In this document: one piece after another, positions 20,223-30,375 of the stretch
Layout: each line of letters opens with the position of its first letter
How positions within the stretch are numbered: the stretch's first letter is position 1
Assembly (NCBI GenBank): GCA_050010515.1
Contig: JBEKKX010000010.1
Coordinates: 1-64,000 of the forward strand
Length of the DNA stretch: 64,000 nt
DNA from: Candidatus Bathyarchaeia archaeon
Lineage (GTDB): Archaea; Thermoproteota; Bathyarchaeia; Bathyarchaeales; Bathycorpusculaceae
Direction: 5' to 3'
Position numbers and translations under genes: made by a program
The notes under the pieces: model-generated
The model's database searches: none
What the model was told of the DNA's origin: nothing
What the model saw: the letters and a program-made list of their open reading frames with translations, nothing else

Positions 20223-20705
20223 TTAGGAGGGGTTTAGCTTTTTAACCAGTAAAGCCACGTTTCTTCCAAGCGTTTCGCATTCTGCAAGGTCTCTTTTCTT
20301 AGGAGCACCAGTCGCAGCAACGCCATAATGCTTGTCGTCTGCTCTGCCTTGAACAATCATCCCGTGAATAAGCATCGCTTGCACAATGGACAGCAACGTG
20401 GTTTCGCCGCCTGAGGCTGTTCCTCCGCTGCTTGTGAAGGCGCCGCCAACTTTCCCTGTTAAATCCTTGTGAACTTTCACTGACTCGTCAATGACTGCTT
20501 TGAGCTTGGCGGACATTTGCCCAAAATACGTCGGTGACCCCATAATTATGCCGTCCGCAGCAAGGAGGTCACTGTTTTTTGTTTCCTCAGCCCTCTTAAC
20601 TGTAACCTCTAGGTCGCCTGCCATTTCAGCGCCTTTTGCCACAGCTAACGCCATGGTTTCAGTGTTACCAGACTTTGAATCAAAAACAACCAGAATTTTC
20701 GGCGT
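20223..20705 (-). CDS. WrbA-family NAD(P)H:quinone oxidoreductase / flavodoxin
   Basis: PKILVVFDSKSGNTETMA..GSPTYFG..GGAFTSSG; N-terminal FMN loop lies upstream of the first ATG, apparent start codon is ACG. Confidence 0.85.
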   Translation of the reverse strand, partial: TPKILVVFDSKSGNTETMALAVAKGAEMAGDLEVTVKRAEETKNSDLLAADGIIMGSPTYFGQMSAKLKAVIDESVKVHKDLTGKVGGAFTSSGGTASGGETTLLSIVQAMLIHGMIVQGRADDKHYGVAATGAPKKRDLAECETLGRNVALLVKKLNPS

Positions 20706-20711
20706 AAATTT

Positions 20712-21305
20712 TCACTTCACTATTTCCCTGATTATGTCATTAACCATCATTATTTTGGCGTTGTAGACGTATTCTAGGTATTTTAGGCCTTGATCTTGGT
20801 CCTCTTGGGTGAATGCTTCTACGCCGTCTTTGGCGATTACTATGTGGTATCCTCTGAAGAAAGCGTCAGCAGCTGTATGTCGCACGCACATATGTGTATG
20901 TAAGCCGCCGAGCACTACGGTTTTTACGCCTTCACTCTTGTAGAGGCTTCGCAGAAGCGAGTCTAAGCCTGTCTCGAAAAAGCCGCTGTAAGTGCGCTTC
21001 TCCACAATGTAATCCTTGCCTTCTTCAGGCTTAAGCTCAGGAATAACCTGTGCACCAACTGTGCCTTTTATGGCGTGGTTGCCCCATTTCCGCGTTACTT
21101 CAACGTCTTGAGGGTAGTGGGCGTCATTGCTGTAGATGACGGGCACATCGTTTTTGCGTGCAGCTACAACAAGTCTCTGCAGCGGCGGAATAACGGTTTT
21201 GGCACGTTTAACTTCTAAAGCTCCAGTGACGAAGTCGTTTAACATGTCAACGAGTATAATGGCGGGTTTATCCAAACATTCACTCTCAAACAAAAAAATA
21301 ATCAT
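20712..21305 (-). CDS. Isochorismatase/nicotinamidase-family cysteine hydrolase
   Basis: LVDMLNDF, EKRTYSGF, HMCVRHTAADA. Confidence 0.9.
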   Translation of the reverse strand: MIIFLFESECLDKPAIILVDMLNDFVTGALEVKRAKTVIPPLQRLVVAARKNDVPVIYSNDAHYPQDVEVTRKWGNHAIKGTVGAQVIPELKPEEGKDYIVEKRTYSGFFETGLDSLLRSLYKSEGVKTVVLGGLHTHMCVRHTAADAFFRGYHIVIAKDGVEAFTQEDQDQGLKYLEYVYNAKIMMVNDIIREIVK

Positions 21306-21327
21306 GTCGCACTCTATTTAGTTTTCC

Positions 21328-22401
21328 TCAAGGTGCGTTTGCCAAAGCGTAGGGTCCAACTGTAAGCTTCTCAGCGCCATCCTGCGTGACAAGGACTGTG
21401 TCTTCGATTCTGACTCCGCCGTAACCTGGCAGGTAAATTCCAGGCTCATCGGTAATCACGTTGCCAGCTGCTAACGTGTCTTTGCTGTCGGGGCTCAAGG
21501 TTGGTGCTTCATGAATTTCCAAGCCTACGCCGTGACCAAGGTTGTGAACGAAAAACTCTCCATAACCACCTGCTTCAATTGTCTGCCTAGCTGCGGCATC
21601 GACTTCTTTGGCTGGAATGTTGGGTTTTATGGTTTGGAAGGCTTTTTGATGCGCAAGTTTGACTGTTTCATAAATTTTTCTTTGTTTTTCGGAAGGTTTT
21701 CCAGCTGTGAAGGTTCGGGTCATGTCTGAGCGGTAGAAGTTGTAGGTTGCCCCTAAATCCACAACTACCAAGTCGCCTTCACGGATTGTTCTGTCTGAGC
21801 AGGAGCCATGTGGGAAAGCTGAGGCGGCGCCTGAAGCAATAATGGTGTCAAAGCCTGTTCCGTCTGAACCTTTCTTGCGCATGGCATACTCGATTTCTGC
21901 TGCCGCTTGCTTCTCTTTTATGCCTGGCTTGATGGTTTCAAATGCTACTTGCATGGCTATACTTGCTAAATTGCAGGCTTCACGGATGCTCTGGATTTCT
22001 TGATGATCTTTGATTTTTCGCATCTCGCGGATTAAGTTGTTGGCTGGTTCGAGTTTTTCTTCGCCGCCGAATGCTTTGGCAAGGGTACGCCAACTTTCAA
22101 TTGGTAGAGTGTCCACGGCAAACTTGCTTGGCTTCTTGGAGGCTGTTCGGTTGGCGATTTTTCCCATTAGGTTTTCGCCTCGTTTTAGAAGTTCCACTGT
22201 TAACCCGTTGGTTTCTGCTTTTGCCTGCTCGTAATTGACTGCTGAAACGTATAGGACGCTTTCGCCTTGTTCAGGAATTAGCAGTGCGGTTGCTCCTGGG
22301 AAGCTTGTGAAGTATGTTAGGTTGGCGTTGTTAAAAATTAGGAAAAAATCAAATTTTTCTTCTTTAAATGCTGATTGCTTAAGGGCGTTTATTCTGTTCA
22401 A
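21328..22401 (-). CDS. Xaa-Pro aminopeptidase (M24)
   Basis: DLGA..YRSDMTRT, HNLGHGVGLEIHE, EPGIY, GVRIED. Confidence 0.93.
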   Translation of the reverse strand: MNRINALKQSAFKEEKFDFFLIFNNANLTYFTSFPGATALLIPEQGESVLYVSAVNYEQAKAETNGLTVELLKRGENLMGKIANRTASKKPSKFAVDTLPIESWRTLAKAFGGEEKLEPANNLIREMRKIKDHQEIQSIREACNLASIAMQVAFETIKPGIKEKQAAAEIEYAMRKKGSDGTGFDTIIASGAASAFPHGSCSDRTIREGDLVVVDLGATYNFYRSDMTRTFTAGKPSEKQRKIYETVKLAHQKAFQTIKPNIPAKEVDAAARQTIEAGGYGEFFVHNLGHGVGLEIHEAPTLSPDSKDTLAAGNVITDEPGIYLPGYGGVRIEDTVLVTQDGAEKLTVGPYALANAP

Positions 22402-22578
22402 GTTTTTTCGCCTATCAGGAAGAGGGAATGTTTTTTGGTCGGTTTAAGTTTTTGCTTCTTTTTTGCGTTATGTAAGGAAAAACACGTCGGTTTTAACCGT
22501 GAATTTTTAAACGAATCAGCCATTAACTTAATATACTTTTCAGTTGAATTTCCCTCATAAGAATTGAGGGAAAAATGT

Positions 22579-24450
22579 ATGTTTGCTTATGCAGGAAAAA
22601 TTTTACATGTTAACCTCACAACTGGAGAAATAAAAACCGAGCCATTATCAGAAGATATGGCTAAACAGTACATCGGCGGAATAGGATTAGGCATACGCTT
22701 ACTTATGGACAATTCAAAACCAGGCACAGATGCCTTTGACCCAGATAACCCATTAATTTACTGCTCTGCTCCACTTAGCGGCACCATGGGTCCAACCGCT
22801 GGAAACGGTTACGCTGTTGTCTCCAAATCACCTGCCACAGGCGGAGTAGGCGAAGCCAAAGCACACGGGTTCTTTGGTCCAGATCTTAAACGTGCAGGAT
22901 ACGATGCAGTTATCATCACTGGCAAAGCACCAAAATTATCTTACCTCTGGATTGACGATGACAAAGTTGAAATCCGAAATGCTGAATACCTAAAGTACGC
23001 AACACCTAACGATACTGACCATAAAATCCGAGATGAACTCGGCGACTTTTACATCCGCGTTTCAGCCATCGGTGAATCTGGCGAAAAACTTTGCCGTTTT
23101 GCAGCAATCATAAATGACGAGTTCCGTGCAATTGGAAGAAGCGGCATGGGCGGAGTTATGGGCTCCAAAAACCTCAAGGCAGTCGCTGTCCGCGGAACAC
23201 ATGATGTTAACGTAGCAAACCTTGAAGGGTTCAAAGAATTTATCAAAATGATTCATGAACGCATGAAGGGTCCATCAACCAAGAAATACAAAACTTTAGG
23301 CACACCCGAGAACGTTCTTGTTCTCAACTCGCTTTCAGCTTTGGCAACGAGGAACTGGACTAACGCCACTTTTGAAGGCGCAGACAAAGTCAGTGGTGAA
23401 TACTTAAACGAGCACTATGTAAAGAAAATTGTCGGTTGCGCAACCTGCGGCATGCGTTGCGACCACATTGCAGTTGTGCCAGAAGGACCATACAAGGGTT
23501 CAACTTCAAGGCTTGAATTCGAGTGCCTCTGGAGCATGGGACCATTATGCGGTATTGACCGATTAGACGCTATTATTGAAGCTATGCGAATCGTTAATGA
23601 ATACGGCATGGACGGCATATCCATCGGTGTCGTCGTCGCATTTGCCATGGATCTCTATGAGCACGGCATAATCACAAAAGAGCAAACTGACGGCATTGAT
23701 CTTCGCTTCGGAAATGCTGAAGCGCTCATAGCCATAATTCACAAAATCGGCAAACGCGAAGGCTGGCTAGGCAATATACTTGCGGAAGGAGTAGCAAAAG
23801 GTGCAGAATTAATCGGCGGAGACGCATACAAGTACGCTTGCCACATTAAAGGCTTAGAATTACCAGGCTATGACCTTAGAACGCTAAAGACTGCGGCACT
23901 TGGCTTTAGTGTCTCGTTCCGTGGTGCATGCCACCTCAGAAACGGAGCTTACTCACCTGACGTTAAAGGCAAAACAAACCGCTTCAAGATTGAGAAAGGA
24001 AGAGGCAAAATAATCGCGGACGAAGGCAACATGTACAACATCATCGACTCACTTATCGTTTGCAAGTTCAGCAGAGGCACATACTACGACGGTTGGAAGG
24101 ACTTGGCAAACTATTACACATTAGCCACAGGACTACCTATGACTCCAGAAGAAATGACCAAAGACGGCGAACGCATAGAGAACCTTGCAAGACTCTTCAA
24201 CATCCGAGAAGGCAAAGGCACACGCAAATATGATGATGTACCTTACAAGATAAAGAATTATCCAGTGCCAGATGAGGGACCAGCCAAAGGCGCCTGCGTA
24301 AACGATGAAGAAATGGGAATAGGCTTAGATGATTACTACTCTGTCAGAGGCTGGACTGCCGACGGAGTGCCAACAACTGAGAAGCTCAAAGCGCTAGGTC
24401 TCGGAGACTTAGCGTATGTTACTGAGAAAGCAACCACAGGAGGCGCATAG
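22579..24450 (+). CDS. aor: Tungsten-dependent aldehyde:ferredoxin oxidoreductase family protein
   Basis: KSPATG, GRSGMGGVMGSKNLKA, CATCGMRC, EFE, GMDGIS, RGACH, DSLIVCKF. Confidence 0.92.
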   Translation: MFAYAGKILHVNLTTGEIKTEPLSEDMAKQYIGGIGLGIRLLMDNSKPGTDAFDPDNPLIYCSAPLSGTMGPTAGNGYAVVSKSPATGGVGEAKAHGFFGPDLKRAGYDAVIITGKAPKLSYLWIDDDKVEIRNAEYLKYATPNDTDHKIRDELGDFYIRVSAIGESGEKLCRFAAIINDEFRAIGRSGMGGVMGSKNLKAVAVRGTHDVNVANLEGFKEFIKMIHERMKGPSTKKYKTLGTPENVLVLNSLSALATRNWTNATFEGADKVSGEYLNEHYVKKIVGCATCGMRCDHIAVVPEGPYKGSTSRLEFECLWSMGPLCGIDRLDAIIEAMRIVNEYGMDGISIGVVVAFAMDLYEHGIITKEQTDGIDLRFGNAEALIAIIHKIGKREGWLGNILAEGVAKGAELIGGDAYKYACHIKGLELPGYDLRTLKTAALGFSVSFRGACHLRNGAYSPDVKGKTNRFKIEKGRGKIIADEGNMYNIIDSLIVCKFSRGTYYDGWKDLANYYTLATGLPMTPEEMTKDGERIENLARLFNIREGKGTRKYDDVPYKIKNYPVPDEGPAKGACVNDEEMGIGLDDYYSVRGWTADGVPTTEKLKALGLGDLAYVTEKATTGGA

Positions 24451-24452
24451 AA

Positions 24453-24965
24453 ATGGTGCGACCGCAAGACAGAAAATTCGTAACAGCAGACCCAGAGAAA
24501 TGCATCGGCTGCTGCTGCTGCGAGTACGCTTGCTCGATGGTTAACGAGAAAACCTTCAATCCAACAAAATCACGCATTCGCGCTATGAGAATGGGACCAC
24601 TCGTGAACCTTGCTGTCACCTGCAGGCACTGCGAAGATCCAGCATGCGTAGCTGCGTGCCCAAGAGATGCGCTCTCGCAAGAAGAGAACACTGGCATAAT
24701 TCGCGTTGATGAGAACGCTTGCAACGGTTGCGGATGGTGCATCAGCGCATGTCAATTCGGCGCCATGAACATGCATCCAGACAAGAAAATCGTTTTCACA
24801 TGCAACAGTTGCACAGACACCGAAACCAAAGAGCCGCAATGTGTCGAATGGTGCCCTGAAGAAGCATTAACATACGTTACTGCAGAAACACTGGCGCAGA
24901 AATACAGGCAGAAAGCTGTTAAAAACCTGTTCCAAACAGCAGAAGCCGAAGCCAAAGCAAAATAA
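24453..24965 (+). CDS. 4Fe-4S dicluster electron-transfer subunit
   Basis: Four Cys groups: CIGCCCCEYAC, CRHCEDPACVAACP, CNGCGWCISAC, CNSC..CVEWCP. Confidence 0.9.
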   Translation: MVRPQDRKFVTADPEKCIGCCCCEYACSMVNEKTFNPTKSRIRAMRMGPLVNLAVTCRHCEDPACVAACPRDALSQEENTGIIRVDENACNGCGWCISACQFGAMNMHPDKKIVFTCNSCTDTETKEPQCVEWCPEEALTYVTAETLAQKYRQKAVKNLFQTAEAEAKAK

Positions 24966-24976
24966 GCTCGATTTTA

Positions 24977-25015
24977 GCGCTTTTAAAGCGCTCTCTTTTT
25001 TAATTTTCTTTTTCT
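24977..25015 (+). terminator. Hairpin plus T-tract terminator
   Basis: AGCGCTTTTAAAGCGCT followed by T runs, between convergent genes. Confidence 0.55.
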
Positions 25016-25027
25016 TATGCCAAGTCG

Positions 25028-27085
25028 TTAGGTTGTTTTCTGTGTTATCATACCTTTCGTGTAAGGCACAAACTCCCTAATCTGCTCAATCGACGTTTTT
25101 CCAGTTTTCTCCCTTTGCTCTTTTGGCAGCTTGAGCATTAGAGATTTGAGAATTTGCTGCAAAAGCTCTTTGCCAGTCGAATCACCGGGCGCAAGGACAA
25201 CGTAAGTTTTAGTTTTCGCTTTAACCGCATCTATAGGTCCGCCAGCAAAAGAGGTTTCCTCATTAACAACTATGCCAACGGCGACCTTTAGCGGTACACT
25301 TCGCATCCAGTTGCGTTTGCCAACAACTGCGAAGGCGCCATGGGGAACAGATTCTCCTGAAGGACCACTTTTGCTTAGCTGGTCAAGTTTAACCCAGTAG
25401 ACATCGGCTGAGCCGGCGTTTTCACGCCAAGCACGCGAAAAAGACGCTGCGTACTCGCCAGCTTCATGAAGCGTTTGCTCACTTATGGTTTTGCCTTCAG
25501 ATTTAACAACTACAAATGGTGCGCCTGAGATTTCTGCGTGAAAAACCGCATCCTCCTGAGTACTGTACTTCTTAATGAGCACTTCGTTGCTGACTGTGTC
25601 TTTGCCTGCAACCACCAAGAAACCGTCGGAAGAGGTGAACCAGCGGAATTTTTCATACCATTCCTTATTCTCCCTCTCCACCTTACGTTTAGAGAGCGCT
25701 TCAATAATTTCCGCTGGCTTGAGACTTTTCAGCTCTTCCGCTTCACGCAACTCACGCTCGATTTTAGCTAACTTTTTCTTTGAATCCTCCAATGCTGCCA
25801 ATGCGCCTGCTGATTTCTGCTTCGCCTTTTTTCCGCTTTCATAATATTCATTAGCATTATCGAAAAGTGAATGGCGCAAGTTAATGCTAAACCGCAAGTT
25901 ATCCATGCAAAGATTAAGCGCAAGGTTGCGCCCATCAAACGATTCAAGGTAAACCTCAGGTATACTGCAGGTTTTTTTAGCCGTTAATGCTTCATTGATT
26001 AACGTGTTCCAGTCTTTACCTGCCATGTTTGTATTCAAAAGCTTGTCTTGGAATGTTTGAAGCTCATTGAAGTGAGCATAAATGGCATCGCCAATCAGTT
26101 TGTCCCGTTCCGCTTTAGCTTCATCTTCATGTATGGATTTTTCTTGTTCCGCAACCACTCGTTTTAGCCGTTCTGCTTCCTGCTTTAACTTATCAACGTC
26201 AACGCTGGCAAGCGCATTCTCAGCCGTCGTTACCCGAAGGTAAAATTCATCTAACGCTTGATTAAAACTGCTGTAAACTTGAGTTTTGCAGCTTTCATAA
26301 CGCTTAAGCTTGAAAGGCACAACATCCAAGAAGCCTCCATCTTCGCCGAGAATTATGCTTGGTTCGAAATTACCCGATGAAACCTTTGAAAGCAAACTCT
26401 GAAGCGCATCAAAAACCGCCTTAATTTCCATGTCTGTTAAGTTTTTGCATAGCTTAGCTTTATCGACGCCAGCTCTAAGCAATACTTCTTCGGCGTAAAC
26501 TCCACCGATGCCTAACAAACGGGCTGCTGCTCTGACAACCTCAACTTCACCCGCATTTTTGAGGGCTTCCTCCAGTTCAGGTGGGGAAACTTTGAAGGGG
26601 TTCTTGCCGCTTGGAGGAGGAAACACCAAGACTTCGTTGCGTAAGATGTTGCGGTCACGCATGCGCTTAAAGAATAGAGCCTGCAAAATCATGTTTTTCT
26701 CGTTTGTTAATATGACGTTGCCTTCGCCGAAAAGCTCTACAACAAGCTCAAGTAACCCTTCTTTAGTCCTAAAACTCACCGTTACAATTCTTTCAAACTC
26801 ATACTGCTCAATGCCCACTATCCATGCTCCACGCAAATACTTTCTTAGTGACATGCAAAATGCTGGCGGAGTAGCTGGGCTTTCCTGCGCGTAAACGGTT
26901 GAGTGCAATCTTCGTCCTGCTTCCACGACTAATCGTATTGGTGGCAGGTTGATTTTGTGGAGCTTGAAAATCAATGTTTTCTCGTCAAGCTGGTAGATGT
27001 TGTTAACTCTTGACTCAGCGATTAATTCCTTTAGTTCACTGATTGCCGCGGCAATATCGAAGCTTGTGAATTCTTTTTTGCGCAA
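25028..27085 (-). CDS. rqcH: Ribosome quality-control protein Rqc2/NEMF (NFACT)
   Basis: FCMSLRKYL, FERIV, ELFGEGN, WYEKFRWF, AGKD..SNE, FHAEISGAP, GAF.V.GKRN. Confidence 0.92.
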   Translation of the reverse strand: MRKKEFTSFDIAAAISELKELIAESRVNNIYQLDEKTLIFKLHKINLPPIRLVVEAGRRLHSTVYAQESPATPPAFCMSLRKYLRGAWIVGIEQYEFERIVTVSFRTKEGLLELVVELFGEGNVILTNEKNMILQALFFKRMRDRNILRNEVLVFPPPSGKNPFKVSPPELEEALKNAGEVEVVRAAARLLGIGGVYAEEVLLRAGVDKAKLCKNLTDMEIKAVFDALQSLLSKVSSGNFEPSIILGEDGGFLDVVPFKLKRYESCKTQVYSSFNQALDEFYLRVTTAENALASVDVDKLKQEAERLKRVVAEQEKSIHEDEAKAERDKLIGDAIYAHFNELQTFQDKLLNTNMAGKDWNTLINEALTAKKTCSIPEVYLESFDGRNLALNLCMDNLRFSINLRHSLFDNANEYYESGKKAKQKSAGALAALEDSKKKLAKIERELREAEELKSLKPAEIIEALSKRKVERENKEWYEKFRWFTSSDGFLVVAGKDTVSNEVLIKKYSTQEDAVFHAEISGAPFVVVKSEGKTISEQTLHEAGEYAASFSRAWRENAGSADVYWVKLDQLSKSGPSGESVPHGAFAVVGKRNWMRSVPLKVAVGIVVNEETSFAGGPIDAVKAKTKTYVVLAPGDSTGKELLQQILKSLMLKLPKEQREKTGKTSIEQIREFVPYTKGMITQKTT

Positions 27086-27233
27086 TGCTTACACCATCAC
27101 ACGTGCTTGTTATACTGAAACTTGATTAAAATAACCTTTTCACTAAAAAATTCGCAGAGCCTAATTAATTGCATTTGGAATGCAGAAATGATTAATATCT
27201 AGGCATGTTTTTTAAGTAAGAATAAAATATACT

Positions 27234-27548
27234 GTGCCAAGGATTAGATACGACATGACGCCTGTAGTACAACTTTACTGGATAAGAACCGTGTTAGGCA
27301 TAATTGCGGGAGCATTAAGTGCAATAGTAGCTTTTCTGATGGGTAACATGACTGGTATAGACACTCTTGTTGACAGTTTCACAATAGCCCTAATAATTTA
27401 CTTATTATCCTACTACATTTTGAAACCAGTGTTCCAAAACAAGATAGAGAAACAATCAAAAATATTGAGTACAGGAGTAGCCATGTACTTCTTCGCTTGG
27501 TTACCCTTCTTCGTACTGTTCTTTACACTAATAAAAATTTACGCGTAA
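27234..27548 (+). CDS. Three-TM membrane protein, EMC6-like
   Basis: YWIRTVLGIIAGALSA...TGVAMYFFAWLPFFVLFFTL pattern resembles EMC6. Confidence 0.55.
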   Translation: MPRIRYDMTPVVQLYWIRTVLGIIAGALSAIVAFLMGNMTGIDTLVDSFTIALIIYLLSYYILKPVFQNKIEKQSKILSTGVAMYFFAWLPFFVLFFTLIKIYA

Positions 27549-27562
27549 GCTTTAAAATAAAT

Positions 27563-28024
27563 TTATTCGTCTTCACTTTTCTCGATGAAATTAGCAATCG
27601 TAGCTTGGCTCTTGTCGCTTCTTAGGGTTTCTATTTTTTCTTCTCCAGCTACTTTGTCATTACCATTTTGCGGGCTGGGGATTTCCATGCGTGTTAAGAT
27701 GCGCATACAGTCTGCCCAAGCTGAGAAGTATCCGCGGTCAAAATCTCCATGCAAGCCGTTGCGCATGTGGTCGAGAAATTCTTTTCTGTAAGCATGCAAA
27801 GCTACTGTGTCGCTTAAATCAAGTTTTGAAAAGAACGCGTAGTCGTCAGTAGCACCATTTTTCCGTGAAAGATACATTCCATATAATGCTCGGAAGTATC
27901 CTCTGTTCCACTCTGTTTTCTGCATTTTTTGCTTAATTCGTTCCAACTCCCGTTCAGCTTCGGTGAATTGCCTGCTGACTATAAGTTGGAAGTACCGTGT
28001 GACTAAGGCTTGCGGTGTTGGCAT
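27563..28024 (-). CDS. Hypothetical protein, probably co-transcribed with radA
   Basis: Starts 3 nt after the radA stop; helical, repeated RGYF motif. Confidence 0.75.
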   Translation of the reverse strand: MPTPQALVTRYFQLIVSRQFTEAERELERIKQKMQKTEWNRGYFRALYGMYLSRKNGATDDYAFFSKLDLSDTVALHAYRKEFLDHMRNGLHGDFDRGYFSAWADCMRILTRMEIPSPQNGNDKVAGEEKIETLRSDKSQATIANFIEKSEDE

Positions 28025-28027
28025 GTT

Positions 28028-29098
28028 TTAGCGTCCACGACTTTTGTTTGCTTTCTCTGCTTTCTCTTCTTCAGAGATATCTTCTATTCCATTCTCGGTT
28101 ACTTTAAGTATTTCCTCTCCTTCAGGCAAATACGGACTTGAAACTAGCCTTGCAATTCGCGTGGGGCCATGGGGTGCTTTTCGGAGGTAGATTCGTGTGT
28201 GGCTTGTGTGGCCGACGATGTTTCCGCCGATTGGGTGGATTGCATCGCCGAAGAATTGGTCTGGTTTAGCCATTACTTGGTTGGTAACGACTGCTACCGT
28301 GTTGAATGCTCTGGCTAAACCGATTAGTTTGTGCATGTGCTTGTTTAGTTTTTGTTGTCTTGAAGCTAACATTTCTCTTCCGAGATATTCACTTCTGAAA
28401 TGTGCTGTTAACGAGTCGACTATGATTAGTTTGACGTTGTTCGCCTTGATTATTTCATCAGCGTTTTCAAGAAGGAACATTTGGTGGTCTGAAGTATATG
28501 CTTCAGCGTAAATAATTTTTTTTGCTACTTTTTCAGGGTCTAAGCCTAAAAATTTAGACATTTGCACTATACGTTCAAGCCTGAAAGTGTTCTCTGTATC
28601 CACGTACAATGCGGCGCCGTTGAGTCCACCTCGTTCTGGAGGCAACTGAACGTTTACGCAAAGCTGATGGCATATTTGGCTTTTTCCACTGCCATACTCG
28701 CCGTAAAATTCTGTTAAAGTTTGAGTTTCTAAGCCACCATCTACTAATTTGTCTAAGGCTTTGCTGCCTGTGCTTAATCGTAAAACGCTTTGGCGCATTT
28801 TAAAAAGTTCATCTGCTCGGACGAAGGCAATTCCGATGGATGAGCGTGCCGCTTCTATGATTTGGAAAGCCTTTTTTTCGCTTACTCCAACTGGGTCCAG
28901 CTCTCGTGCTGTCGCCATGGCTAAAGATTCAACAGTGTGGTAGCCGAGTTCTCGGAGTTTTTGGGCTGTGGCTGGACCAACTCCTGGAAGGTCTTCTATG
29001 AACTCGTATTTTTTCTGTTCTGGCTCTGTTGTTTCTGTTTCTGTATTTTCTGGCTCTTTTTGGTTTTCAACGTCTTCGTCTTCAATCATTATGTTCAC
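28028..29098 (-). CDS. radA: DNA repair and recombination protein RadA
   Basis: HhH LPGVGPATA, GEYGSGKS, DTENTF, IVDSLT.HFRSEY.GR, TNQV, SPYLPE. Confidence 0.96.
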   Translation of the reverse strand: MNIMIEDEDVENQKEPENTETETTEPEQKKYEFIEDLPGVGPATAQKLRELGYHTVESLAMATARELDPVGVSEKKAFQIIEAARSSIGIAFVRADELFKMRQSVLRLSTGSKALDKLVDGGLETQTLTEFYGEYGSGKSQICHQLCVNVQLPPERGGLNGAALYVDTENTFRLERIVQMSKFLGLDPEKVAKKIIYAEAYTSDHQMFLLENADEIIKANNVKLIIVDSLTAHFRSEYLGREMLASRQQKLNKHMHKLIGLARAFNTVAVVTNQVMAKPDQFFGDAIHPIGGNIVGHTSHTRIYLRKAPHGPTRIARLVSSPYLPEGEEILKVTENGIEDISEEEKAEKANKSRGR

Positions 29099-29524
29099 GC
29101 TTTGAAGATGATGTAATGTTTGGCTATTTAAAACAACCTAAGAATAGGATTATTTGCCTAGTAGAGGGGTAAGTGAAAGTGAATCGTTTTTGGTTGGTTA
29201 TTGCTATAAATTTCGTTGAGTGAACTCTAGTGTTTAGAGCAATTATGGTGTTCCCTTTGTATAAAGCAGTCAATTAACACATGGTTACTCTCTTTGGCTA
29301 ACCCCGCATATATTAAACTAAAAAGAAATGTCTTAGAAAATTTTTTACTCAGAAAATGTTGACAAGACACTTTTATCGGCGCAATCAGAAGTTAAAACAG
29401 TAGAAAAAGAAAATTACAACAAAACTCAGATGTTTTCAAAAAACAACTCTCAAGGAACCGCTTGCAAGCATCGACTGTTATGTTCACCGACGCTTTACTG
29501 GTTTATTTCAAAAAGCTTAAAAAA

Positions 29525-29806
29525 TTATTCTTTGCATTCTTTGAGGTTGCGGAGCTCCTGCATGGTTTGGTTTAAGATAGCTGTGTCCTTAATCGTTTTA
29601 ATGGCGGAAACTGGCAAGCAAACCACCACTTTGCCTAGAAAAGGCCTCTTGAACCCCAGCTTTTTCGTCGCTTCATCCGTTAAACCTACATAAAAATTCG
29701 TTATTTGCCAAGTGTTCGTGTCCAATTCAGCACTTTCCACTTCGCCCAGCAAAGATGCGTCCGAAGTAAAAGCTTTTTTCCAAAATAGTCTTGTAATTTC
29801 AACCAT
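29525..29806 (-). CDS. PRC-barrel domain protein
   Basis: KKAFTSDASLLGEVESAELDTNTWQI..LPVSAIKTIKDTAIL. Confidence 0.75.
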   Translation of the reverse strand: MVEITRLFWKKAFTSDASLLGEVESAELDTNTWQITNFYVGLTDEATKKLGFKRPFLGKVVVCLPVSAIKTIKDTAILNQTMQELRNLKECKE

Positions 29807-29917
29807 ATAAAAGACCTCGGTATTAAATTAACAAGTGACCTCTATATTTGTTTGTCGGCGACTAATTGCGACAGAATGCTTTTTACAATCCAAAAGCATC
29901 AGTTATAATGGTAAATT

Positions 29918-30298
29918 ATGACTACTTCTCAAAAGGAAACCAAGAAGCTTACTCCCCAAGAGGAACGCGTGATAGTCCAAAAAGGCACCGAAATGCCCTT
30001 CACCGGCAAATACTACGCTTTTTGGCAAAAAGGCACTTACGTTTGCAAACGCTGTGGAGCACCCCTCTACCGCTCAGAAAACAAGTTTGAAGCAGACTGC
30101 GGATGGCCAAGCTTTGACGAGGAAATTCCGGGCGCAGTTAAGCGACTGCCTGACCCTGATGGGATACGAACTGAAATTCAATGCGTCAACTGCGGCGCCC
30201 ACTTAGGCCACGTCTTCACCAGCGAACATTTCACAGAAAAAGATACTCGGCACTGCGTAAACTCGATATCCATGGATTTCATCCCTGACAAAGAATAG
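29918..30298 (+). CDS. msrB: Methionine-R-sulfoxide reductase
   Basis: GTEMPFTG, CKRC, CGWPSF, CVNCGAHLGHVF, RHCVNS. Confidence 0.95.
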   Translation: MTTSQKETKKLTPQEERVIVQKGTEMPFTGKYYAFWQKGTYVCKRCGAPLYRSENKFEADCGWPSFDEEIPGAVKRLPDPDGIRTEIQCVNCGAHLGHVFTSEHFTEKDTRHCVNSISMDFIPDKE

Positions 30299-30375
30299 AA
30301 CCCACTTTTTTACGCAAAAGTCTTAGGTATCCTGCTTCTAAAATTAAATATTAAGAGATTGAGAAAGTTTAAACT

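Noticed and set aside
28028-29098. Intein in RadA
   Set aside because: Length is normal and the Walker A region is uninterrupted
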